Assembly: GCF_001899065.1 (NCBI RefSeq)
Contig: NZ_MKUZ01000029.1
Span: 13,503-37,502 of the forward strand
Source: Devosia sp. 66-22
Lineage (GTDB): Bacteria > Pseudomonadota > Alphaproteobacteria > Rhizobiales > Devosiaceae
Direction: 5' to 3'
Length of the DNA stretch: 24,000 bases
The notes below the pieces were generated by a model. It searched no databases, was not told the origin of the DNA, and was given only the letters and a program-made list of their open reading frames with translations. This document shows, one piece after another, positions 8,784 to 16,421 of the stretch (its first letter is position 1; each line of letters opens with the position of its first letter). A program made the translations under genes and the position numbers.

Positions 8784-11700
8784 AACCATTCAACCTTTCC
8801 GACTGGGCGCTCGAGCATCGTTCCCTCGTCTGGTATTTCATGATTGCCTTCCTCGTCGCCGGGACGGCGGCGTACTTCAACCTTGGTCGCGAGGAAGATC
8901 CGGCCTTCGCCATCAAGACCATGGTCGTTCAGGCGAACTGGCCTGGAGCCTCGACCGAGGAGATGACCGACCAGGTTGCCGATCGGATCGAGAAAAAGCT
9001 CGAGGAGCTGCCCGCCCTAGACTACACGCGCAGCCTGACCACGCCCGGCCAGACGATCGTCTTCGTCTACCTGCGGGACAGCACACCAGGACCCCAGGTC
9101 GCGGCCTACTGGCAGCAGGTGCGGAACATGCTTGGCGATATCCGGAGCCAGTTCCCTGCCGGAATGTTGGGGCCGTTTTTCAACGACAGCTTTGGCGACG
9201 TCTATGGCAACATCTACGCCTTCACCGGCGACGGTATCACGCCGCGCCAGTTGCGGGACTACGTAGAGGACGCGCGCGCCAGCGTGCTGGGAGTTCCCGA
9301 CATTGGGCGGGTCGACATCATCGGCGCCCAGCCGGAGGTGATCTACCTCGAGTTTTCGACCAGCAAGATCGCCGGTCTCGGTCTCAATCAGCAACAGGTC
9401 ATCGCCAGCCTGCGCTCACAGAATGCAATCACTCCCTCGGGTGTCGTTCAGGCCGGACCGGAGCGCATCAGCCTTCGGGTGAGCGGTCAGTTCACCAGCG
9501 AAGAGAGCCTCCGCTCCATCAACCTAAGCGTGAACGACAAGTTCTTCCCACTTACCGACATCGCGACCATCAAGCGTGGTTACGCCGAACCGCCGAGCTC
9601 CCTGTTCCGAGTGAACGGCGAGCCTGCCATCGCGCTCGGCGTTGGCATGAAGAGCGGAGCAAACCTGCTCAGGTTTGGGCAGGCGTTGGATCGTGAGATT
9701 GAAAGGATCAACAAGACCCTGCCGGTGGGCGTCGAGATCACGCGGGTGTCCGATCAGCCGAAGGTCGTTGAGGACGCCGTCTCGGGCTTTACGACCGCGC
9801 TGTTCGAGGCTGTCGCGATTATTCTGGGCATAAGTTTGCTCAGCCTTGGGCTGCGGGCCGGCCTTGTAGTGGCAATCGCCATACCCCTGGTGCTGGCGAT
9901 TACGTTCTTCGTCATGGCCTATTTGGGAATCTCGCTACAGCGAATCTCGCTTGGCGCATTGATTATCGCGCTGGGTCTGCTTGTGGACGACGCGATGATC
10001 GCCGTGGAGATGATGGTGGCACGGCTTGAGGTGGGTGACACCCTCCGGAAAGCTGCGACCCACGTCTACACCTCGACGGCATTCCCGATGCTGACTGGCA
10101 CGCTGGTGACCGTGGCCGGCTTCATCCCTGTCGGGCTGAACAGCAGCAAGGCGGGCCAGTTCCTCGTCACACTGTTTATCGTGATCGCCGTCGCGCTGCT
10201 GGTCTCCTGGTTGGTGGCCGTAATCTTCACCCCGCTGCTGGGCGTCACCATCCTGTCCGAGAAGCTCAAGCAAAAGCATGAGCGGAAGGGCTGGTTCGCC
10301 TCAGCGTTCAATTGGCTGCTGTTAGTCAGCATGCGCTGGCGATGGGTCACTATCACCGCCACCCTCGCTGCCTTTGCGGCGTCCGTGGTCGGCCTCGGTC
10401 TGGTGCAGCAGCAGTTCTTCCCGACATCCGATCGCCCCGAGTTGATCGTCGACTTCACGTTGCCGCAAAACGCCACCTTCGCGGAAACCGACCGCCAGAT
10501 GGCACAATTCGAGCGTGACATGCTTGTTGGCAACCCCGACGTTGAACACTGGTCGACCTATGTAGGACGAGGAGCGCCGCGCTTTCTGCTGTCGTTCGAC
10601 ACTCAGGCGCCCAGCCCGACGACGGGTCAAATGATCATCGTTACTACCGGACGGGAGGTTCGCGACGATCTGCGGAAGTCACTCCAAACCTACCTGGACA
10701 AGACCTTCATCGGCACCGACGCATTCGTGCGCCTGCTCGACCTAGGCCCACCGGTCGGACGGCCGATCCAATACCGGATAAGCGGCCCAGATCCGCTGGT
10801 GTTGCGCGGCATCGCCCAAGACCTTGCAGCAGTCGTCGACCAGAACCCGCACGTCGGAGGCTTGACCTTCGACTGGATGGAGCCGGGCCGTGTTGTCAGG
10901 GTGGAAATCCTGCAGGATCGCGCACGCCAGCTGGGGGTGACCTTCGACGGGGTTGCGACAGCACTCAATAGCGTCGTTCAAGGCGCGCCAGTAACGCAGA
11001 TGCGGGACGGCACCTATCTGGTCGATATTGTTGGTCGCGCCGAGGCCGGCGACCGCGGCTCGATCGAGCATCTCAACGGCCTGCAGATCCCCAACAGCAG
11101 CGGTAAGCTGGTCCCGCTCGCGGCGGTTGCCACGCTCTCCTATCAACTTGAGCAACCGACGATCTGGCGGCGAGCCCGCATGCCCACCATCACCATGAAC
11201 GGAGCAGTCCTGGACACCACGCAGCCGGCAACCGTCGTGGCTCAGTTGCGCGATCCGATTGACGAGTTCTCGGCCCGGCTTCCGGCGGGCTATAGGGTCG
11301 CGCCTGGGGGCACCGCAGAAGAGAGCGCAAAGGCGCAGGCGCCGATCATTGCCGTGGTGCCGCTGATGCTGTTCGTGATGGCCACCGTCCTCATGATCCA
11401 GCTACAGAGCTTCCAGCGCCTGTTCCTGGTCTTTGCGGTCGCGCCGCTCGCCTTGATTGGAGTGGTCGCCGCGCTGCTGCCCAGTGGCGCCCCTCTCGGT
11501 TTCGTCGCCATTCTCGGTGTGCTGGCACTAATCGGCATACTGATCCGCAACTCGGTGATCCTGATCATGCAGATCGAGCAACTCAGGCAAGACGGGCGAT
11601 CGGGTTGGGACGCAGTCCTCGAGGCTACGCAGCACCGAATGCGTCCAATTGTCCTGACGGCTGCGGCCGCGACGCTCGGCCTCATTCCGATCGCCGGTGA

Positions 11701-11890
11701 AGTGTTCTGGGGGCCTATGGCCTATGCAATGATGGGCGGGATCATCTCCGGTACCGTTCTGACCCTCTTGTTCCTGCCGGCACTCTATCTGGCATGGTTC
11801 CGCATCAGGCCACCCGGGCCAGATGGATCGCCACTGGCACCCAATGTACCAGAGCTAGAACCTGACGGAGTGAGGAGTGCTGCACGGTGA
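8780..11890 (+). CDS. RND-family inner-membrane efflux transporter (AcrB/HAE-type), 1036 aa
   Basis: From the ATG at 8780 the protein reads MKPFNLSDWALEHRSLVWYFMIAFLVAG.., a typical AcrB-family start. It has the 12-TM architecture with two large periplasmic loops, plus motifs such as ..ALGLLVDDAMIAVE... The track's extension to 8606 is Arg-rich and overlaps adaptor 2. Confidence 0.92.
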   Translation: MKPFNLSDWALEHRSLVWYFMIAFLVAGTAAYFNLGREEDPAFAIKTMVVQANWPGASTEEMTDQVADRIEKKLEELPALDYTRSLTTPGQTIVFVYLRDSTPGPQVAAYWQQVRNMLGDIRSQFPAGMLGPFFNDSFGDVYGNIYAFTGDGITPRQLRDYVEDARASVLGVPDIGRVDIIGAQPEVIYLEFSTSKIAGLGLNQQQVIASLRSQNAITPSGVVQAGPERISLRVSGQFTSEESLRSINLSVNDKFFPLTDIATIKRGYAEPPSSLFRVNGEPAIALGVGMKSGANLLRFGQALDREIERINKTLPVGVEITRVSDQPKVVEDAVSGFTTALFEAVAIILGISLLSLGLRAGLVVAIAIPLVLAITFFVMAYLGISLQRISLGALIIALGLLVDDAMIAVEMMVARLEVGDTLRKAATHVYTSTAFPMLTGTLVTVAGFIPVGLNSSKAGQFLVTLFIVIAVALLVSWLVAVIFTPLLGVTILSEKLKQKHERKGWFASAFNWLLLVSMRWRWVTITATLAAFAASVVGLGLVQQQFFPTSDRPELIVDFTLPQNATFAETDRQMAQFERDMLVGNPDVEHWSTYVGRGAPRFLLSFDTQAPSPTTGQMIIVTTGREVRDDLRKSLQTYLDKTFIGTDAFVRLLDLGPPVGRPIQYRISGPDPLVLRGIAQDLAAVVDQNPHVGGLTFDWMEPGRVVRVEILQDRARQLGVTFDGVATALNSVVQGAPVTQMRDGTYLVDIVGRAEAGDRGSIEHLNGLQIPNSSGKLVPLAAVATLSYQLEQPTIWRRARMPTITMNGAVLDTTQPATVVAQLRDPIDEFSARLPAGYRVAPGGTAEESAKAQAPIIAVVPLMLFVMATVLMIQLQSFQRLFLVFAVAPLALIGVVAALLPSGAPLGFVAILGVLALIGILIRNSVILIMQIEQLRQDGRSGWDAVLEATQHRMRPIVLTAAAATLGLIPIAGEVFWGPMAYAMMGGIISGTVLTLLFLPALYLAWFRIRPPGPDGSPLAPNVPELEPDGVRSAAR

Positions 11891-12045
11891 GCAAGCGACA
11901 GCGCCAGCGGATCGATAACTCATGCAATCCCCGTCCACATGGTGGAGTCCGCAGCAGATGATATCGGCTTGGGAAGGTCAGGGGTGAAGTCGCGAGCCCC
12001 ATCGTACGCGGATCAGGCGGATAGTAACCGGGTCAGGAGGTCTTC

Positions 12046-12645
12046 ATGGCTAATATCGACTTTTGGTTCTCAATCGGTAGCACCTACAGCTACCTGTCGG
12101 TGATGCGATTGGGCCGCGTGGCCACCGAAACCGGAATCGAGTTCGTCTGGCGCCCTTTCAACGTCCGCGAAATCATGGTGGCGCAGAACAATATCCCCTT
12201 CGCCAACAAGCCAGTGAAGGCGGCCTATATGTGGCGCGATGTGGCCAGGCGATCGGACAAGTACGGGCTTCGACCTAGATTGCCGGCCCCCTATCCCATC
12301 CCGGACCTGCCGCTGGCGAACCAGGTTGCGCTGCTTGGGATGCGCGAGGGCTGGGGGATTGCATACGCTATCGAAACATATCGACTCTGGTTCGAGGAGG
12401 GCCTTGTCGCCGGCGCCGATCCGAATCTGTCCCGTTCACTTCGCGTAGCAAGACAGAACCCCGAGGAGACGATCGTCCGCGCTTCGGCCGATGCAGCAGC
12501 CACAGCACTTGCCGATCAGACACGTGCAGCGTTGGCCCTCGGCATCTTCGGATCGCCCACCTTTGTCGTGGACGGGGAAGTCTTTTGGGGGGACGATCGA
12601 CTGGACGACGCGATCTCCTGGTCACGCAGCGGCCGCGTACGTTGA
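12046..12645 (+). CDS. DsbA-like thioredoxin-fold protein, 2-hydroxychromene-2-carboxylate isomerase family
   Basis: N-terminus IDFWFSIGSTYSYLS (family signature in place of CxxC) and C-terminus GIFGSPTFVVDGEVFWGDDRLDD are both characteristic of the HCCA isomerase/DsbA-like family. AGGAGG lies 7 nt upstream of the ATG. Confidence 0.8.
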   Translation: MANIDFWFSIGSTYSYLSVMRLGRVATETGIEFVWRPFNVREIMVAQNNIPFANKPVKAAYMWRDVARRSDKYGLRPRLPAPYPIPDLPLANQVALLGMREGWGIAYAIETYRLWFEEGLVAGADPNLSRSLRVARQNPEETIVRASADAAATALADQTRAALALGIFGSPTFVVDGEVFWGDDRLDDAISWSRSGRVR

Positions 12646-12652
12646 GTGGCGC

Positions 12653-13777
12653 TCACCCGGAAGGAGCTGAGTTTGGCACTCGCAACGCCCCCAGGATGCG
12701 TCGTGCAAGCCCCACGATTGCAAGTGTCCACGCTGCGAGCGCGACAAAGACCAACACCTTGGGGATCAGATCGAGGAAGCCGTAGCCCATGGCTCGATCG
12801 AACTGGTAGGTGCTCGTCGTATACATCCCCAGCGGAAAGACCATTCCCCAGACCGCTGGCTCGTAGGCGAAACGGTCGCGCATCCAGACATAGCGCCACA
12901 GCATCAGCAAAAACAGGAACGGGATCCACCAACTCGCCACCGCCCAGAAGAAAAACGTGAATCCCTTGAGGAACGGGAGGAGGGGACCGAGGAGCGGCCA
13001 GGTCTCGCCCCGCAGGATCAGCACCGAGCCGGCCAGCGCCGTGATCGCCACAGCACCCATGTTGATCCAGTAGGGCGGACTGAAGTCTTCGCGGCTCATC
13101 GGCACGAAGGTGAGGCGATAAAAGATCAGCGGAATGATCGCCAGATAGAGCATGCAGCCGATCAGGAACATCGCAATCACCTGGAACTGAACCGCCTCCG
13201 GCGGCGGCGTGCTCACGTCGATCACGCCGCGCAACACCACCACCGACTGCGTCGAGACGGCGGCGATTAGCCATGCGCCGTTGATGCCGCGCTTGAGCGT
13301 GGGCTTGCGCGCGCGCACTGTTACGGCAGTGAAGAAGATGTACATAATCGCGAACCACAGGATCAGCCCGAGCCACCAGAGCACTGTGCCGACGCCCGTG
13401 GCCCCTATCACCACCACATTCTGCGTACCCAGAACGCAGGTCCCTGCCACGATGGTGAAGAAGCCGGGCGCCCGCTGGTGGTCTGAAATGTCGCGCATCA
13501 GTTCGGCGCGGAACCGAAGGGCCCGCACGATCGTCAATACCCAGAGGACGGGCCAGGCCACCCAGTTGACACCGATCAGTGCCAGTGCAACCGGGCGCAG
13601 CCCCATGAAGTGGCAGGCGATTGAGACCACCCCGGTGGCCATGACCAGTGCGAAATAGCCCGGAAATAGTGAGACCGCGCCATCAAGGATCACTGCAGCC
13701 AATCGCGCCGGGAGACGGGGCGGCTGCGAAGCGAACCCGGCACGGTCATCCCCGCGCATATCTGAAAACCAGCTCAA
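12653..13777 (-). CDS. TehA/TDT (SLAC1-homolog) family anion channel/transporter, 10 TM
   Basis: 374-aa polytopic protein with ..FPGYFALVMATGVVSIA.. and overall hydrophobic periodicity typical of the tellurite-resistance/C4-dicarboxylate transporter (SLAC1) family. The alternative start at 13759 is equally possible. Confidence 0.75.
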   Translation of the reverse strand: MSWFSDMRGDDRAGFASQPPRLPARLAAVILDGAVSLFPGYFALVMATGVVSIACHFMGLRPVALALIGVNWVAWPVLWVLTIVRALRFRAELMRDISDHQRAPGFFTIVAGTCVLGTQNVVVIGATGVGTVLWWLGLILWFAIMYIFFTAVTVRARKPTLKRGINGAWLIAAVSTQSVVVLRGVIDVSTPPPEAVQFQVIAMFLIGCMLYLAIIPLIFYRLTFVPMSREDFSPPYWINMGAVAITALAGSVLILRGETWPLLGPLLPFLKGFTFFFWAVASWWIPFLFLLMLWRYVWMRDRFAYEPAVWGMVFPLGMYTTSTYQFDRAMGYGFLDLIPKVLVFVALAAWTLAIVGLARRILGALRVPNSAPSG

Positions 13778-14102
13778 GCTGAAGGGAGATCAGAACCAAG
13801 GAGGCGTTGAGTGCCCAGGTGACGGTCAGCCATCTCGCAAGCGTGCCCCAGAAGGGATCGGAATTGACCGCTGAGCGCCAGATCGCCACGACGATCCAGA
13901 CCGTGTAGGCCGCCGAGAAGAGGATCAGACCCTGCTGAACGTCGAGTCGTTCCTGATACATGGCGATAGCGTACAGGCCGGCGATGACGAGGCTCAATCC
14001 GACGCCGTACCCCCAGAACACGTTCCCCAGCGGCGCTTTTCCGCGCCAGGCCCGCCGTTCCGGAGCTAAGAAGAGGAACACGAAATCTGCGATCCAACTC
14101 AT
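13746..14102 (-). CDS. Small membrane protein (3-4 TM), unknown function
   Basis: 118 aa from the ATG at 14102, with GGGAGG 6 nt upstream. It sits 40 nt downstream of the nsrR stop, and its 3' end overlaps the TehA-like start by 14-32 nt. No family was recognised. Confidence 0.5.
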   Translation of the reverse strand: MSWIADFVFLFLAPERRAWRGKAPLGNVFWGYGVGLSLVIAGLYAIAMYQERLDVQQGLILFSAAYTVWIVVAIWRSAVNSDPFWGTLARWLTVTWALNASLVLISLQLELVFRYARG

Positions 14103-14141
14103 TCCCGCCTCCCGTCCATCCCGAGCCTGCCCCGCCCCCAA

Positions 14142-14591
14142 CTACGCCGCCCTAGCCTCTGGTAACCCTAGAACTCGGCGCATCGGATGGTTCGGGACCG
14201 TGAGGTCTTCGAGCGTATATCTGTCGAGCACAGCGAGGTAAGCGGCGAGGGCTTCCCCAAGCACGGATTTCAGCCGGCAGGCAGGCAACAGCGTGCAGGA
14301 ACTGCGCCCTGCCTCGAAGCACTCGACGAGGCGGAAGTCGTCTTCGGTTGCCCGGACCACGTCACCGACGCGAATCTCGGTTGACGGCCGCTGAAGCCTC
14401 AGGCCGCCCTTGTTGCCGCGCGTCGATGTGACAAAGCCGTATTTGACCAGTCCCTGCGTCACCTTCATCAGGTGGTTGCGCGAGACGCCGTAGCGCTCCG
14501 CCACCTCCTGAATTGTGGCAAGCCCGTCGGACTTGATTGCCAGGTACATCAAGAGGCGGAGAGACAGGTCGGTGAAATGGGTGAGCCGCAT
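14142..14591 (-). CDS. nsrR: Rrf2-family NO-sensing repressor NsrR
   Basis: From the internal ATG at 14591 the protein reads MRLTHFTDLSLRLLMYLAIKSDGLATIQEVAERYGVSRNHLMKVTQGLVKYGFVTSTRGNKGGLRL.., an Rrf2 winged HTH. It carries the three-Cys cluster ligand pattern ..ECFEAGRSSCTLLPACRLK.. (compare E. coli NsrR ..C..C.I.PACRLK). The track's 60-aa N-terminal extension is implausible. Confidence 0.85.
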   Translation of the reverse strand: MRLTHFTDLSLRLLMYLAIKSDGLATIQEVAERYGVSRNHLMKVTQGLVKYGFVTSTRGNKGGLRLQRPSTEIRVGDVVRATEDDFRLVECFEAGRSSCTLLPACRLKSVLGEALAAYLAVLDRYTLEDLTVPNHPMRRVLGLPEARAA

Positions 14592-14599
14592 GGTCGCAT

Positions 14600-14628
14600 C
14601 CAAAGATGCATGCATCGTATTGCTTTGG
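14600..14628. promoter_or_regulatory. Candidate NsrR operator: CCAAAGATGCATGCATC..CTTTGG, containing the perfect 12-bp palindrome GATGCATGCATC
   Basis: AAGATGCAT (14603-14611) matches 9 of 11 positions of the enterobacterial NsrR half-site AAGATGCYTTT. GATGCATGCATC (14605-14616) is a perfect palindrome. CCAAAG and CTTTGG arms flank it. The site lies 9 nt upstream of the nsrR ATG in the divergent intergenic region. Confidence 0.45.
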
Positions 14629-14647
14629 CGGCAGATCGGCAATACGG

Positions 14648-14678
14648 TCCAAAGAGGCACTGACGATACCTCTTTGGA
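14648..14678. promoter_or_regulatory. Perfect 10-bp inverted repeat TCCAAAGAGG-N11-CCTCTTTGGA overlapping the RBS of the 14687 gene
   Basis: Read directly from the sequence. The right arm ends in the GGA of the GGAGA Shine-Dalgarno sequence, 7 nt before the ATG at 14687. It could be a protein operator or an RBS-sequestering RNA hairpin. Confidence 0.4.
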
Positions 14679-14686
14679 GATCGACC

Positions 14687-15148
14687 ATGGAAACCGCCAC
14701 AGATCTGCCCGCGGAAGCCACAATCGAGGCTGCTGCCTTGGCTGCATCCACAGGCTTGCTGACGCACTCACTGTCCAACTGGCGAGATCGCGAGATCGCA
14801 GCCGGCATACACCCGCACGTGTTCGTACTTTTTGCGGGGACCTACGCAGCGATGCTGCTGGTACTCTGGTTGTTCTTCGGCACCGACGTCAACGCGGCTA
14901 TCGCGCTCGGCGTGAGCACCGTCTATTTCGCCATGTACTTTGGCGTTCCATTTGTCATGCTTCGCCTCGCTGACGAGGCCACAAGTAAGCCAAGGCCCGG
15001 TTCTTTCGGCAGTTTCCTCGCAGGCGATGTCGAGACCTACTCCGGTCGGGTCAGTGGTTGGGGCGCAGTCGCGCAGTTGCTAACAATTCCGGCGGGCCTG
15101 ATCGGGGCGTTCGTCGCTATCGGGATCATCAGCCGACTGGCCCAGTAA
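14687..15148 (+). CDS. Membrane protein (3 TM), unknown function, divergent from nsrR
   Basis: 153 aa from the ATG at 14687, with GGAGA upstream. There are three clear hydrophobic helices (..VFVLFAGTYAAMLLVLWLFF.., ..AIALGVSTVYFAMYFGVPFVML.., ..LLTIPAGLIGAFVAIGII..). No family was recognised. Confidence 0.5.
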   Translation: METATDLPAEATIEAAALAASTGLLTHSLSNWRDREIAAGIHPHVFVLFAGTYAAMLLVLWLFFGTDVNAAIALGVSTVYFAMYFGVPFVMLRLADEATSKPRPGSFGSFLAGDVETYSGRVSGWGAVAQLLTIPAGLIGAFVAIGIISRLAQ

Positions 15149-15398
15149 GAGGCGACGGGGCCCCGGGAACCGCCGAGCGGTGTGGCCGGCTGAGGCCCCG
15201 CAGCCCGCAGGCCTCGCATGCCGCCAGGGGATTCTCTGCTCCGGTAAACACTGGGAGTAACGCCATCATGACGGATCGCACGATCCAACCGCCGATCAAC
15301 GGGACGCCACAGGCGCAGTACGAGGCCCCCTGCCTGCGGCAGGGTATGGAGGGCTCGTTTCGCTTGCCTTCCCCCCAAGCGACGGCCCTTCTGCCTGC

Positions 15399-16247
15399 TT
15401 AGCTCCCCCTCGAGTCTCGAAAGGCGGTGGGTGACAACCCCGTCACGCGCCGAAACTCCCGGCTGAAGTGCAGGGGATCAGGATAGCCACAACACAGCGC
15501 AACCTCCGAGATCGGCGTGTCGGTCTGCACCAGAAGCCGCTTGGCGGCGTTCATGCGTTCGCGCCGAAGCCAGTTCATTGGTGAAGACCCGACGACCTTT
15601 CGAAACCGCCTGTGCACCTGCGATGAACTCAGTCCCATCAAGGCGCTGAAATCGACGATCGACCAGGCCCGCCCGAGTTCCATCCGCGCCTGCTGCATTA
15701 TGTCCGCCATGGGCTGGGGCGCGGAGGAGGATCGCTCTGGCGACCGGTTAGCAACGAGCGCGGCAATGATGGCGGCCACTGCGGCGCTGTTCTCCGGCTC
15801 GCTATCGGCATGGTTGGCGGCCAGCCGTTGCTTGATCCGGGAGAACTGCAGACTGAGGGCCTCATCGACGGTCGAGACAATGATCGGCCTGGCACGAGCC
15901 CCCAGCATCTCGGCGGCTTCATCGAGCCCGAAACCGCGCATGCCGAACCAGAGATAGCTCCAGCCGTGGGATCCTCGCGCGCAGGCATGTCGGTACTCGC
16001 GAGACGTGTCCAGCCAGGCAATGCTGCCCTGAGGACACTCATAAGTTCGACCCTCGACCTCCATCTCACCGGTTCCGGCCAGCGTCAGGATCAGCACGTG
16101 CTGCTTGAACCTGCGACGGACGGGAGGTTCGGAAGGTGCCGCCGTCGCCTTGCCTGCGGCCAACACCCGATATGGGAATGCCGCCGTGTGTGCCGGAGTG
16201 TAGAAATAAATCTCATCGTCGCGGCCCGATGCGCTGGAATGAAACAT
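15399..16247 (-). CDS. AraC/XylS-family transcriptional regulator
   Basis: The C-terminus carries the double HTH ..WSIVDFSALMGLSSSQVHRRFRKVVGSSPMNWLRRERMNAAKRLLVQTDTPISEVALCCGYPDPLHFSREFRRVTGLSPTAFR... The N-terminus is a cupin-like sensor domain. The start at 16247 (MFHSS..) is preferred, but 16307 is possible. Confidence 0.88.
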   Translation of the reverse strand: MFHSSASGRDDEIYFYTPAHTAAFPYRVLAAGKATAAPSEPPVRRRFKQHVLILTLAGTGEMEVEGRTYECPQGSIAWLDTSREYRHACARGSHGWSYLWFGMRGFGLDEAAEMLGARARPIIVSTVDEALSLQFSRIKQRLAANHADSEPENSAAVAAIIAALVANRSPERSSSAPQPMADIMQQARMELGRAWSIVDFSALMGLSSSQVHRRFRKVVGSSPMNWLRRERMNAAKRLLVQTDTPISEVALCCGYPDPLHFSREFRRVTGLSPTAFRDSRGS

Positions 16248-16421
16248 GTGAGTCTCCGCAGGTCGCGCATGCGATTTTTCTCCATGCCAAGCGCGTTGTC
16301 CATCCATTCCTCTGCCATCGAGAGCTTGATAACCTCAAGAAGTGATCCTGAAGGCCGAGGCATCCGCTCGCGCGAGCCAAGTCCATCCGGTCACAGGTTG
16401 CGCGGCTGGAGGGAGAGCAGC

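Noticed and set aside
16266-16290. GCGCATGCGATTTTTCTCCATGCC near the AraC start as an NsrR-like site
   Set aside because: It contains direct ATGC repeats and an 8-bp CGCATGCG palindrome, but no inverted arrangement matching the NsrR consensus. It is probably within or next to the AraC 5' end.
16326-16339. TTGATAACCTCAAG in the AraC/yjjI intergenic region as an FNR box
   Set aside because: Only the left half-site matches TTGAT-N4-ATCAA. The right half fits only with the wrong spacing. It is worth a proper position-weight-matrix scan but is not supportable by eye.
15810-16421. N-terminal extension making the YjjI ORF 714 aa
   Set aside because: The extension runs antisense through the AraC gene and is low-complexity. 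A good SD and ATG at 16422 give a YjjI-sized 510-aa protein.
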